NCBI GenBank assembly: GCA_947478395.1
Contig: CANJVR010000002.1
Location: 32,001-96,000, forward strand
DNA length: 64,000 nt
Origin: Opitutia bacterium
GTDB lineage: Bacteria > Verrucomicrobiota > Verrucomicrobiia > Opitutales > Opitutaceae
Direction of reading: 5' to 3'
Part shown: positions 1 through 10,447 of the stretch, one piece after another
Position numbering within the stretch: the first letter of the stretch is position 1
How the letters are laid out: every line of letters begins with the position of its first letter
Translations under genes and position numbers: made by a program
Notes under the pieces: model-generated
The model's input: only the letters and a program-made list of their open reading frames with translations
What the model was told of the DNA's origin: nothing
Databases searched by the model: none

Positions 1-2
1 TC

Positions 3-653
3 CGTTGAGAGGCGCAGATCGGCGCCCGATGCCTCCAGTAGGTTTTCGAATAGAGGCGTGTAGCCTAGGGAAGGCAGCGCCTGAAACGTCTCCTGAAAAT
101 ACCGATCGTCGAGGCCGGTGCGGACGGGGATGCGGCGGCACACGGATGCGTCCAACGCTTCGGCCGGTCGACCCCATTGCTTGGCGGTGTAGCCGCGATA
201 GAAGAGCTCGTAGAGTTCCTCGCCGACGATTGCCAACATAGCTTCGCGTGAATTGGCGGGATCGGTGATCGGCGCTTTGCGCGTTTGCAGGGAGGACTTG
301 AATTCCTCCTCGGTCGCGCGGGGATTACGCGTGAGCTGGCGGTACGTCGCAAGATTGACGGGGAAGCTCCAAAATTCGCCACGCGTGAAAGCCTGCACGC
401 GATAGACGACTTCCCGCCAGGCGGTGAAACGACTCAGGTACGTGCGCACCATCTCGGAGTTCGTCCGGAAATAGTGCGGACCGTAGACATGATAGAGCAG
501 GCCGTTGCGATCGCGTCGGTCGTGACAGTTGCCTCCGATATGATCGCGTTTCTCCACGACCAAACAGCGCTGCCCGGCCGCGCCGAGCCGTTCCGCGAGC
601 ACCAATCCGGAGAAACCTGCGCCTGCGATTATGTAGTCGTAGGTTTCGCGCAT
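3..653 (-). CDS. glf: UDP-galactopyranose mutase, 3' end runs off the window
   Basis: Manual translation from ATG at 653: MRETYDYIIAGAGFSGLVLAERL...VVEKRDHIGGNC...HVYGPHYFRT...FYRGYTAKQWG...DDRYF. FAD GxGxxG plus UGM motifs. Absent from the ORF track because there is no stop in the window. Confidence 0.9.
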   Translation of the reverse strand, partial: MRETYDYIIAGAGFSGLVLAERLGAAGQRCLVVEKRDHIGGNCHDRRDRNGLLYHVYGPHYFRTNSEMVRTYLSRFTAWREVVYRVQAFTRGEFWSFPVNLATYRQLTRNPRATEEEFKSSLQTRKAPITDPANSREAMLAIVGEELYELFYRGYTAKQWGRPAEALDASVCRRIPVRTGLDDRYFQETFQALPSLGYTPLFENLLEASGADLRLST

Positions 654-1408
654 GCGGCGGGGCCGGGGAGGGCAGCGTGATTCAATCCGCGCAGATCGCG
701 CCACAGCCGAAGCGCTTTTCGGGCGAACCCGTACCACTTCACGGAGGGATGTCCCCCCAGCCGGTCGCGAAAATTGATTGGCAGCTCCACGAAACCCCGC
801 GGCTCGAGCAGCAGGGCCACCGCGATATTCGCGAGGTCGAAGGACGGCGGTACCCTACGCGCGGCATCAGCGGCGAGCGAAACATCGTAGAGTCGAAACG
901 GAACGTTCGTGTCGTTTAACCGCGTGTGCATTCCCAACTGAAGTGACCAGCGCAGCACGAGCGTGACTAGCCGACGGGAAAATCCGTCGTCGCGTTTGAG
1001 CCGCCGCCCGTAGATGGCAGGCTGCTGTCCGCGCACCCGCCAGAGCTGGGCGAAGCCCGCCGGATCACATTGCCCGTCGGAATCGATTTGAAAAACGAAT
1101 TTCGCACCCAGCTTCGCTGCCTCCTGGTAGCCGACTACGCAGCTTTGGCCGTGGCCGCGATTGGCGTGCCGGTGCACACGAAGTTCGGGCCAGCCGAGTC
1201 CGGCCAGCTGTTCGGGGGTGCGATCTTTCGAGCCGTCGTCGATGACCAGAATCAGGAAACTTCGCGTGTGGCGCGTGAGCTCGTTCCGCCATTCCTCGAG
1301 CACGGGCACGATCACATCCTCCTCGTTGTATACGGGCACGATCACCACCAGCTCCGGCTGGATTATCGCCGGGGTTAAAGGATCGAGGATAGGGTCGGGT
1401 TTCGGCAT
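629..1408 (-). CDS. Glycosyltransferase family 2 (DPM1-like)
   Basis: VIVPVYNEE, IDDGSKD, NRGHG, IDSDGQ motifs; overlaps the glf start. Confidence 0.88.
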   Translation of the reverse strand: MPKPDPILDPLTPAIIQPELVVIVPVYNEEDVIVPVLEEWRNELTRHTRSFLILVIDDGSKDRTPEQLAGLGWPELRVHRHANRGHGQSCVVGYQEAAKLGAKFVFQIDSDGQCDPAGFAQLWRVRGQQPAIYGRRLKRDDGFSRRLVTLVLRWSLQLGMHTRLNDTNVPFRLYDVSLAADAARRVPPSFDLANIAVALLLEPRGFVELPINFRDRLGGHPSVKWYGFARKALRLWRDLRGLNHAALPGPAACAKPTTT

Positions 1409-1551
1409 GAAGGGCGTGGCGCCAGAGATGATGAGTCAAAATTCACGGTGTTTTTCTGCATCCGCGTTGCAACGGCAAAGCGGCCGCGGGAGGGATTTAG
1501 CAAAATCTTCGACATTTGCCGCGGGGTGCGTTCGTTTGGCGCGCTCCGCCG

Positions 1552-3081
1552 ATGAAGACCTTCTATATCACCACCGCCATCGACTACGTGAATGGGTCGC
1601 CTCACCTCGGTCATGCTTACGAAAAGGTGCTGACCGACGTGATCGCCCGTTTCCGCCGGATGCAGGGTGACACGGTGTGGTTCCTGACCGGCGTCGACGA
1701 GCACGGCCAGAAAGTGCAGCAAAGCGCAAAAAAGCGGGGCATCCCGCCCCAGCAGTTCGCCGACGAGGTCAGCGCTGAATTTCGAGCGCTGCTACCGAAG
1801 TTGAACATTTCCAACGACGACTTCATCCGCACGACCGAAGAGCGGCATAAGAAAGTTGTCCGTGCCGTCCTCCAGCAGCTCTTCGATAAGGGCGAAATCT
1901 ACAAGGCGGAGTACCGCGGTTTCTATTCCACGCGACAGGAGCAATTTTTGCAGGACAAGGACCGCAATCCCGACGGCACCTGGCCGGAAATTTTCGGCGA
2001 TGTCACGGAGATCGTGGAGTCGAATTATTTCTTCAAGCTGCGGCAGTATCAGGACTGGCTCGTCGATTTCCTCGCGAAGAACGAAAATTTTATCTTTCCG
2101 GCGTATCGGCAGAAACAGGTGATCGAATTTTTGAAAGAGCCGCTCAATGACCTGTGCATCTCGCGTCCCCGGGAGCGGCTGGAGTGGGGTATTTCGCTGC
2201 CCTTCGACGAGGCCTACGTGACCTACGTGTGGTTCGATGCGTTGATCAATTACTACTCTGCCGTCGCGGAAAAACCCGGGGTCTGGCCGGCCGCCTACCA
2301 CGTGATCGGCAAGGACATCCTCGTGCCGCCGCACGCCGTCTACTGGCCGATCATGTTGCACGCGGCGGGGCTGGCCCTGCCGAAAGGAATCATCGCGCAT
2401 GGCTGGTGGATGCAGCGTGGGGCCAAAATGTCGAAGAGCACGGGCAATGCCCTCAACCCCCTCGATCTCATCGCCGAGTTCGGCGTCGATGCCTTCCGGT
2501 ATTTTTTGATTCGGGAGATGAACGTCGGGCAGGACAGCGACTTCACGCGGGAGCAGTTTCTGGTGCGCTACAACAGCGAACTCGCGAACAACCTCGGCAA
2601 TCTCGTCAACCGCACGCTCAACATGACGAACCGCTTCGCCGGCGCCGTCGTGCCGGCGGCGGAAGGGGCGGAGGACGCCGAGCAGGAATTGCATGCGCTG
2701 TGGGCGACGACCCGCGCCGAAGTCATTCCGTTGTGCGAAGGCTTCCAGTTTCACACGGCGCTCGAGAAAACGTTTTTCTTCATCACGGCGACCAACGCCT
2801 ACATCGAGAAACGGGCGCCATGGAAACTCGGGAAATCGGAGACGGCGTCCGATCTCGCGCTCCTGCGCACTTCGCTCGCGACGATGGCGGAGGCGCTGCG
2901 GCTCGGCGTCGCGCTGCTGCAGCACGTGATGCCTTCGACCACGGAAAAAATTAACGCCGTGCTGGGCTACACGCCGGGCGCGATCTGGCGCGAGGAGCTT
3001 ACCTGGGGCTCGCGCCTCGCCGGGATGAAAGTCGCGGAGGCGCTGGTGCTTTTCCCTCGACCCGAGAAACCGAAAGCGTGA
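1552..3081 (+). CDS. metG: Methionine--tRNA ligase, short form without C-terminal tRNA-binding domain
   Basis: FYITTAIDYVNGSPHLGH, GVDEHG, YVWFDAL, KMSKS. Confidence 0.96.
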   Translation: MKTFYITTAIDYVNGSPHLGHAYEKVLTDVIARFRRMQGDTVWFLTGVDEHGQKVQQSAKKRGIPPQQFADEVSAEFRALLPKLNISNDDFIRTTEERHKKVVRAVLQQLFDKGEIYKAEYRGFYSTRQEQFLQDKDRNPDGTWPEIFGDVTEIVESNYFFKLRQYQDWLVDFLAKNENFIFPAYRQKQVIEFLKEPLNDLCISRPRERLEWGISLPFDEAYVTYVWFDALINYYSAVAEKPGVWPAAYHVIGKDILVPPHAVYWPIMLHAAGLALPKGIIAHGWWMQRGAKMSKSTGNALNPLDLIAEFGVDAFRYFLIREMNVGQDSDFTREQFLVRYNSELANNLGNLVNRTLNMTNRFAGAVVPAAEGAEDAEQELHALWATTRAEVIPLCEGFQFHTALEKTFFFITATNAYIEKRAPWKLGKSETASDLALLRTSLATMAEALRLGVALLQHVMPSTTEKINAVLGYTPGAIWREELTWGSRLAGMKVAEALVLFPRPEKPKA

Positions 3082-3288
3082 GCGCCGCCGCTCTTTAACG
3101 GCGCGCCTCAACCAAATGAGTAAACCAATCGGGGCGAACGAGCGTCCGGATTTCGTTCCTCGAGACCGAGGGCGCAAAGCGCCGACACGGAGTCGACCGA
3201 GGATTACCCGATTTAGGCTGTGCCCTGCGTGTCGTTGCGCTGCGCCCTCGGCGGCAAGCAGCGCGTTTTAACGCCGGCACTTATTTCC

Positions 3289-4752
3289 GTGAAGATCTTG
3301 TCCCTCGATCCGTCGGCCAATCCCACGCCCCTGGCGTTGCAGGCGTTTCTGGCGCAATGTCAGGCGGCGGCGTCGCGTGATGGCCAGCCGCGAATCGCGA
3401 GCATTTCGCTCGCGGTGGATGCGCTCGATCCACTCGCGGTGCTCGAATCGATCTTCGAGCCCAGCGAGCCGCATTTTTATGCGGAGCGCGCCGATATCGA
3501 CAGCGTAATGGCCGGAGCTGAAACCGCGGCGTCGTTCGAGACGAGCGGTCCTGACCGATTTCGCGACGTCCAACGCTGGATCGATGATCAACTGCAGCGC
3601 ACGATTGCGGTCGGGGCGGTCGATGCCCCTTTCGGGGGCCCACATTTTTTCACGAGCTTTGCCTTTGCGGACGAAGTAGAACCCGGCGAACCCTTCGCGG
3701 CCGCGCGCGTTTTCGTCCCGCGTTGGCAGGTGGCGCGCGCGGGAAACAAGACGACTGCGGTGGCCAATCTCACGGTGACGCCCAACGCGGATGTCGCGGC
3801 CCTGACCGAGCGCGTCTGGCGGGCTCACGCTAAATTTAACAATTTCAATTACGGCGAAAATTCTGCGGAGGGACCGGCGGCGGGCGGGGTGCCGTCGCCT
3901 CGCTTTGGGTTCGAGCGAACTGAAACCCCTGCGCTGGCCTGGACCGCCAGCGAGGCGGGCGACTATCGCGCGGTTGTGACGCGCGCGCTGGCCCTGATCG
4001 CGGCGGGTGAATTCCATAAGATCGTGCTGGCCCGGGCGCGCGATTTGAGCGCAAGCCAACCGCTGCATCCGCTGCGAGTTTTGAACGGCCTGCGCCAGCG
4101 TTTTCCGGACTGCTATGCCTTCTCGCTCGCGAACGGACGCGGACAAAGTTTCATCGGCGCCAGTCCGGAGCGCCTCGTGCGCGTGAGCAAGGGCGTGCTC
4201 GAAACCGAGGCGCTCGCGGGCTCCATCCGACGCGGGCTCGGAGCGAGCGAGGACGCCGCGCTCGCGGTCGCGCTGTTGCACGCGGAAAAGGATCTGCGCG
4301 AACACCGCCTCGTCGTCGACGCCATCGCGAGCCGCTTGAAGCAGCTCGGTCTCACGCCGGAGTTTTCCGCCACGCCCGGTTTGCGCCGGCTGGCGAACGT
4401 CCAGCACTTGCGCACCCCGATCCGGGCCGCACTGCCGGAGAACGTGCGGCTCCTTGACGCGCTGGCTGCGTTGCATCCGACGCCGGCGGTGGGCGGATCG
4501 CCGCAGGGTGCGGCCCTTGCGCGTATTCGCGAACTCGAAGGATTTCCGCGCGGCCTGTACGCCGGTGCGCACGGCTGGATCAACGCGCGCGGCGGCGGGG
4601 AATTTTTTGTCGGCCTTCGTTCCGCGTTGATTTCAGGCGCGAGCGCGCGGGTTTACGCCGGAGCGGGCATCGTCGCGGGTTCGACGCCCGAGAAGGAATT
4701 CGCTGAGACCGAGCTGAAATTTAAAGCGATGCTAGACGCTTTGCTGACCTGA
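3289..4752 (+). CDS. menF: Isochorismate synthase (menaquinone-type)
   Basis: KIVLAR, FIGASPERL, ALAGS, EH, LHPTPAVGG, YAGAGIV; adjacent to menD; GTG start inferred. Confidence 0.88.
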   Translation: MKILSLDPSANPTPLALQAFLAQCQAAASRDGQPRIASISLAVDALDPLAVLESIFEPSEPHFYAERADIDSVMAGAETAASFETSGPDRFRDVQRWIDDQLQRTIAVGAVDAPFGGPHFFTSFAFADEVEPGEPFAAARVFVPRWQVARAGNKTTAVANLTVTPNADVAALTERVWRAHAKFNNFNYGENSAEGPAAGGVPSPRFGFERTETPALAWTASEAGDYRAVVTRALALIAAGEFHKIVLARARDLSASQPLHPLRVLNGLRQRFPDCYAFSLANGRGQSFIGASPERLVRVSKGVLETEALAGSIRRGLGASEDAALAVALLHAEKDLREHRLVVDAIASRLKQLGLTPEFSATPGLRRLANVQHLRTPIRAALPENVRLLDALAALHPTPAVGGSPQGAALARIRELEGFPRGLYAGAHGWINARGGGEFFVGLRSALISGASARVYAGAGIVAGSTPEKEFAETELKFKAMLDALLT

Positions 4753-4940
4753 CCGGGCATCAAAACTTCCAAGGTCCGATCTCCGGGCGCGTTTGGTTCG
4801 CGGTCGCGGCATGGCCAACGTTCGGGCGTGGACCCGTCCCACCTAGTTCCAGGGCCTAACTTTTTCGTGAGGCATGGAACACTTCCGACGCGCTTTACTC
4901 TGAATTGAAGCCCACTAACGTTCGGGCTTCTTTCGTAAAA

Positions 4941-6680
4941 ATGACCTCTCCTGATTTGGATTTTAGAAACCTCAATTCCCTCTGGGGCAGTGTGCTCGTG
5001 AAAACGCTGGTATTGGCCGGCGTGCGGCAGGCGGTAATTTCTCCCGGATCGCGGTCGACGCCGCTCACGATGGCCTTTGCGGCCCACCCCGGAATCGAGG
5101 CGATTCCGGTGCTCGACGAACGTTCTGCGGCATATTTCGCGCTCGGTCTCGCCAAACAAAATGGCGAACCAGTCGCGCTCGTGTGCACGAGCGGGACCGC
5201 GGGCGCCAACTATCTGCCCGCGTTGATTGAAGCGCGTGAATCCGGGTTCCCGCTCATTGTACTCACCGCGGACCGGCCGCCCGAGATGCGCGCGTGCGCC
5301 TCGGGCCAGACGATCGATCAGCTCAAGCTGTTTGGAGATACGGTGAATTTTTTCCACGAGCTGGCGCTCCCCGAGCTGAGCGAATCGCGCCTGCGGTACC
5401 TGCGCCAAACCGTGATGCACGCGGTCGAGCGCTCGTTGCAGCCGACTGCAGGTCCCGTGCATCTCAATGTGCCTTTGCGCGATCCGCTCGCGCCGTTGGA
5501 CGATGGTGGCACGACGGTGCACTATGCGACGGCGATCGACTGGGACCTGTTTTTTCAACAGGTCGCGCCCCCATTCAGCACGTCGTCCGTGTGCTCGATC
5601 CCGCCGCTATCGACCGACATCCATGGTCTGATCGTTGCCGGACCGGTGCAGCCAGGCGATATCGCGGCGCACGCGGAAATTGTGGGCGAGATCGCGCGCA
5701 AACTCGGCTGGCCCGTGTTGGCGGACGGACTTTCGCCCATCCGCAATTTTGCTTCGGTGGTGCCGCATCTCGTCACCACGTATGATCTGATTCTCCGCGA
5801 CGCCAACGCGGCCGAAAGGCTTCAACCCGACGTCGTGCTGTGTCTGGGGAATTGGCCGACGAGCAAAATTCTGCGCGGCTGGCTCGAGACGAGCGCGGCC
5901 CCGATTTGGCTCGTGACCCGGCGCAGTGACAACCGCGACGCGTTGCACGGTCGCACGCGTCACTTGCCGACTTCGCTGTCGGCCTTCGCGGCAGAGCTGC
6001 CGGTGTCGACCGACCCGAATGGTTATCAGCGTCTCTGGGCAAGCTTTGAGCGGAAGACGCGCGAGTCGCTGAACGCGCGGCTGGCCGAAACGACCGAGCT
6101 TTTCGAAGGACGGACCGCGGCGATCCTCGCGGCGCATTTGCCGGCGGACACGACGCTCTGTGTCGCGAATTCGATGCCGGTGCGTGACGTGGAATATTTC
6201 TGGCCGGCCACCGACGCCCGCATCCGTCCGCTGGCGAATCGCGGCGCAAACGGGATTGATGGCACGCTGTCGACGGCGCTCGGTTGTGCGCATGGCGGTG
6301 CGCCGACGGTGCTGCTCACGGGCGACCTCGCTTTGCTGCACGACACCAACGGCTGGCTGCTGCTGCAGAAATTCAGGGGCAGCCTGACGGTTGTGCTCAT
6401 CAACAACCGAGGCGGTGGAATTTTTGAGCACCTCCCGGTCGCGCAATTTGAGCCCGCGTTCGAGGAATTTTTTGCGACCCCGCAAAGCGTGGACTTCGCC
6501 AAACTATGCTCGGCGTACGGCGTACCTCACACGGTGGTGGGCAGTTGGACGGAACTGGGCGAGTTGGTCGCCACGCTGCCGACGTCGGGAATTCGTGTGC
6601 TGGAAATCAAGACGGATCGAAAGCGTGACGCAGCGATTCGGAAACGTTGGTTTGCAGAGTTGTCGGAGGGTCTCGGGTAG
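4941..6680 (+). CDS. menD: SEPHCHC synthase (ThDP-dependent)
   Basis: ISPGSRSTPL, DERSAAYFALG, CTSGTA, NRGANGIDG, TGDLALLHD, NNRGGGIF. Confidence 0.95.
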   Translation: MTSPDLDFRNLNSLWGSVLVKTLVLAGVRQAVISPGSRSTPLTMAFAAHPGIEAIPVLDERSAAYFALGLAKQNGEPVALVCTSGTAGANYLPALIEARESGFPLIVLTADRPPEMRACASGQTIDQLKLFGDTVNFFHELALPELSESRLRYLRQTVMHAVERSLQPTAGPVHLNVPLRDPLAPLDDGGTTVHYATAIDWDLFFQQVAPPFSTSSVCSIPPLSTDIHGLIVAGPVQPGDIAAHAEIVGEIARKLGWPVLADGLSPIRNFASVVPHLVTTYDLILRDANAAERLQPDVVLCLGNWPTSKILRGWLETSAAPIWLVTRRSDNRDALHGRTRHLPTSLSAFAAELPVSTDPNGYQRLWASFERKTRESLNARLAETTELFEGRTAAILAAHLPADTTLCVANSMPVRDVEYFWPATDARIRPLANRGANGIDGTLSTALGCAHGGAPTVLLTGDLALLHDTNGWLLLQKFRGSLTVVLINNRGGGIFEHLPVAQFEPAFEEFFATPQSVDFAKLCSAYGVPHTVVGSWTELGELVATLPTSGIRVLEIKTDRKRDAAIRKRWFAELSEGLG

Positions 6681-6761
6681 TAGGTGGGATTCTCCGCGAT
6701 GTTGAGCGCGGCGAGATCCTCGCCGGTAAACGCGTTCGTAGGCTGAGGGGACCGGGTTAAA

Positions 6762-8870
6762 TTACTCTTTCCAAACCGCGACGCCTGCGATGGGAACGTC
6801 GCGGGCTCCGATCAAGATTTTCGCCGTGGCAGGCACGGGGGCTGCGACCGTTTTCTCCGTGAAGTTCGTGGCGATCCAAAGGCCGTCGCGAAAATCGACG
6901 CAGAAGCCTGCGGGTAAGTTTTCCACGGGGACGCCCGCGCGTGTGAGTACGTCGCGCACCAGCTGGGCCTCGAGGGTGCCGCCCTCTGAATCCACGCCGA
7001 TGTAAGTCACAGTGCCCCGGCCGAGCTGGTGCGTTACCGCCGCGACCCCGCCGGCGTAATACTGATCGCTGTACGTCGCGAGCACGCGTGTGCCCGCAGC
7101 CGGCTCGAGGATTTCACCCCAGGTGGACCAGGCGTGCGTTTGTCCGCCCGCGCTGATATGCCCCTGATTCGGGGCGGGCAACGTGTCGTAGAATTTAATC
7201 TTTGCGCCGATAAGATCGAGGATCGGCGCGGCCCACGCCGCCTCCCATAGGAAACCACGGCGGTCTTTTTGCCCCGTGCGAGCGGAGAGGATCAGGTGGC
7301 CGCCGCCTTCAACGTAGCTGCGCCAGCGGGTGACGAGCTTGGCATCGAGCAGTTGATAAGCGGGCGCGATGAGAAACGGGTAAGCGGAAAAATCTTTGTC
7401 CTCGGTGATCACATCGACGGGCGCACCTGCGCGTTTCAGCGCGGTGTGATATTTAAGCAGATGGTCGTAGCTGTCCCAGGCTTTGTTCTGCTTGTGGTTG
7501 TCGAGATCCCAGCGGGCCTCGTAGCTGTAGAGAATCGCGGAGCGTCGGGCGGCGTAGGCTGCTGGCAGCGGAGCGCCGGGCTGGGCGGCGAGACGCAACT
7601 GGGTGATCTCTTGCGCGACCTGGGCGTATTGTTCTCCGCCGTTCGTGGGGGTCACGCCATCGGGCCCGACCAAGCCGTAGTGATACAGCTCGGCGCCGTA
7701 AAGCGGCTGACGGTAGCGATAGGTGCAGACAAATTTCGCGCCGGTGGCGAAGCTCCGCATGAGCCAGAGCCGGACGGCGCCGGGATAGGGCTGCGGGTTG
7801 ACCTCGCCCCAATTCACCTGGCCCGGCTGAAGTTCCATGATCCCGTGGGCGCCGTTGATGCTGCGCATGAAATCGGCGGCGAACGTGAGCACGGCGGAAC
7901 TACCGAGACGGAAACCCATCGGACCTTCGTTCGCGTTCCCGTGGACGGGATACAGCGTCCATGAAACGACGTCGAAGTCGCCGCCGTTGAGGACGGGGTT
8001 CACCGCGGAAAAATTATGAATGTGGTTCGTGGTGATCCATTGGTCGTGCCCGCAGTAGCGGCGCAGGATGTCGGTTTGAAACTTGAGGTAGTCGGCCGTC
8101 TCCTCCGCGAACCAGCGCTGCGAATCGAGCATTTGGTGCGGATTGAACTGCGCGACGTACTCCTGCGGGTTCGGGAGGCGAACTTGGTCGAAGCGTTGGT
8201 AGAGTTGAGACCAGAATTGATTGCCCCAATCGCGATTCAACGCGGCGATGTCGCCGTAGCGCTTCTGGAGCCAAGCCTGGAATTTTTTCTGCGACGCCGG
8301 GCTAAAATCCGGCTCCTTGCCGTAGTGCGTGAGCTCGTTGTCGAGCTGCCAGCCCCAGACGCGTTTATCCTTTCCGTAACGGCGGCCGAGCTCGTTAACG
8401 ATCTTCGCGACGTATTCGCGGTAAACGGGCGAACTCCAGGAAGCATGCTGCCGCGTGCCGTGGACCTGCGTGCGGCCCGCGGCGTCGATCATCAGCACCT
8501 CCGGATGTTTCTCGGTCAGCCAGATCGGCGGGGTGGGCGTGGGCGTGCAAAGGACGACCTTCAGGCCCTGCGCCGCGGCCAGTTCGATATTTTTGTCGAG
8601 CCACGCAAAGTCGAATTTCCCCTCGGTGGGCTCCAGATAGGCCCACGCAAATTCGCCCATGTGGACGAACTCCATGCCCATTTTTTTCATGTTGGCCATG
8701 TCGCGGGGCCACTGGTCGGCCGGCCAGGCCTCGGGGTAGTAGTAGGCGCCGATCTGCATAAGGTCGGCGGGAGGAAAACTGGCCTGACGCGAGGCGGATT
8801 GAGCGGGCATGTCGGGGATCATTGAACTGAGCGCAAAGCAACCGAGAGCGCGAAGCAGAATATGTTTCAT
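6762..8870 (-). CDS. Beta-galactosidase, GH42 family, with signal peptide
   Basis: GAYYYPEAWP, MGEFAW, WQLDNE, MELQPGQVNW, trimerisation domain; N-terminal MKHILLRALGCFAL. Confidence 0.9.
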   Translation of the reverse strand: MKHILLRALGCFALSSMIPDMPAQSASRQASFPPADLMQIGAYYYPEAWPADQWPRDMANMKKMGMEFVHMGEFAWAYLEPTEGKFDFAWLDKNIELAAAQGLKVVLCTPTPTPPIWLTEKHPEVLMIDAAGRTQVHGTRQHASWSSPVYREYVAKIVNELGRRYGKDKRVWGWQLDNELTHYGKEPDFSPASQKKFQAWLQKRYGDIAALNRDWGNQFWSQLYQRFDQVRLPNPQEYVAQFNPHQMLDSQRWFAEETADYLKFQTDILRRYCGHDQWITTNHIHNFSAVNPVLNGGDFDVVSWTLYPVHGNANEGPMGFRLGSSAVLTFAADFMRSINGAHGIMELQPGQVNWGEVNPQPYPGAVRLWLMRSFATGAKFVCTYRYRQPLYGAELYHYGLVGPDGVTPTNGGEQYAQVAQEITQLRLAAQPGAPLPAAYAARRSAILYSYEARWDLDNHKQNKAWDSYDHLLKYHTALKRAGAPVDVITEDKDFSAYPFLIAPAYQLLDAKLVTRWRSYVEGGGHLILSARTGQKDRRGFLWEAAWAAPILDLIGAKIKFYDTLPAPNQGHISAGGQTHAWSTWGEILEPAAGTRVLATYSDQYYAGGVAAVTHQLGRGTVTYIGVDSEGGTLEAQLVRDVLTRAGVPVENLPAGFCVDFRDGLWIATNFTEKTVAAPVPATAKILIGARDVPIAGVAVWKE

Positions 8871-9002
8871 GGGGTGAGCGGCCAGCGTGGCCTCCGGTGC
8901 AAGGCAGGTAAACAAAAACGACACGTGTCGTGCGCTCCGCGTCACACGCCAGCCGTGATCGCATCGCCTACGCGGCGCACTCTCACCGTGAGCTGGAATG
9001 GT

Positions 9003-9131
9003 TTAACCAAATCGTAGCTGGCAACGACGTAGCGGCAGGCGTCCCTGCCTGCCGAAATACGGACGCCGAACGCTGCAAGCAGCGACGCCTGCCGCTACCC
9101 AAAACGGGCATGAAAAACTTGAACCGCTCTA
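9003..9131 (+). mobile_element. Repeat family A copy 1 (REP doublet within TA-ended TIR element; left end degenerate)
   Basis: GTAGCGGCAGGCGTCCCTGCCTGCCG at 9029, inverted arm ending GCCGCTAC at 9098, right end TTGAACCGCTCTA. Confidence 0.8.
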
Positions 9132-10379
9132 AATATATTTGCTGATGTCTCGGTCGGCGGGCTTGAGGCGCGACTCAGGCATGATTTCGGGCTGAAGTTT
9201 CTCCGCCGAAAGTTGTTTTTGCTTGGAGCGGAAATCCTGCACCATCGCATCGAGCGCGCGGCCCATCCGCGCGACTTCGCCTTCGCCCGGTGGCTGCGGC
9301 ATCAGCGTCAGAATATCTCCCGCCCGGATTCGATCGGCGGCGGTGGCCACGGCCCGTAGACGTCGGGTTAACCGCGCTACCGTCCATCGCGTGGCCAACC
9401 CGAAAGCCAGCGCGAGCGCCAGGCCCCATTGCAGCAAGGTATTCCTCAAATCGGTAGCGGCATCGAAAATATCTGTCATCGGCTGGCGTGCGGCCACGAG
9501 CGCGTTGATGCCGCGCAGCCCACGGAAACCGCGCGTCGTGGCAAGTCCCGTCATGAAATCGCCTTCGCCCGGAATGATTTCTCGCATCGCCGCGCGCAAC
9601 GGTCGCCGGTTGCCGATCGGTGGCGGTCCGGGGGGGGCGCTGGCGTTGGCTGGACTTGAATCGAGGATGGGTTCGCCTCTCAGGTTGTAGAGTGTGATGC
9701 TGACACGATCGCGGCGCGCGGCTTCCGTGAGAACGCTCGCCATGTTGCCCCGGGCGGCCGCCCAGTTCCACTCTGCCGCGAGGACGCCGAGAAACCGCCC
9801 CTCCGCGCTCGTGACGGGCGCAGAAATCGTGACAAAGCGCGGCGTTTCACCCGCGAGGGGATAGTCGCGCGCGAGCTCGGGCACTTCGCGGGGCTCGCCA
9901 AAAAAAGCCTGGGTTCTGGCGCCGTTGAACCACGCTTGAGTTGAAACGCTTTCGGTTTCCCTGCGCCCCCCCGTGGCGGAGACGACTTTCGCATCGGCGG
10001 AGACGAAGCCGACCCACACGAGATCGGGCGACGAATCGAGCAGGGCCTCCAAGAGCCGCCGGCGGTCCGCGGCGGGCGTTGTAGGGTCGCGCAGCGGCGT
10101 GAGTGTTCCGGCAAAAATCAGCCCGCGAGCCTGCTCAAAAATTATGCGGTCGAGTTTGTCGCCGAGATGAAACGCCAGCGCCTCGAGTTCGGCCCCTCGC
10201 CGCTGCGTCAGCTTTTGCTGCAGTCGCGCGCCTGCGACCCAGCTGGCGGCCGAGACGAAGAATGTCCCGGCGACGACGACGATCAGCGCGGCCCGGGTTG
10301 CGAGGTTCTGGCGTGGATCGAAAGCCGAGGTCCACGAAAACTCGGACGCGGGAGCGGAAGGGCGGTCGGCTGGATCCAT
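9129..10379 (-). CDS. Membrane sensor with Cache-like and HAMP domains, no output domain
   Basis: TM1, periplasmic Cache-like region (WFNGA...TISAPV...GVLAA), TM2, HAMP (LRAVATAADRIRAGD...EVARMGRALDAM), about 30-aa tail; ATG at 10379 preferred. Confidence 0.75.
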   Translation of the reverse strand: MDPADRPSAPASEFSWTSAFDPRQNLATRAALIVVVAGTFFVSAASWVAGARLQQKLTQRRGAELEALAFHLGDKLDRIIFEQARGLIFAGTLTPLRDPTTPAADRRRLLEALLDSSPDLVWVGFVSADAKVVSATGGRRETESVSTQAWFNGARTQAFFGEPREVPELARDYPLAGETPRFVTISAPVTSAEGRFLGVLAAEWNWAAARGNMASVLTEAARRDRVSITLYNLRGEPILDSSPANASAPPGPPPIGNRRPLRAAMREIIPGEGDFMTGLATTRGFRGLRGINALVAARQPMTDIFDAATDLRNTLLQWGLALALAFGLATRWTVARLTRRLRAVATAADRIRAGDILTLMPQPPGEGEVARMGRALDAMVQDFRSKQKQLSAEKLQPEIMPESRLKPADRDISKYI

Positions 10380-10447
10380 CGCGCGTAAGGACGCTTCCGC
10401 CGGGGAAAAAGATGCGAACCAACGCGCGCACCGCCCTCCGCCGTGCG

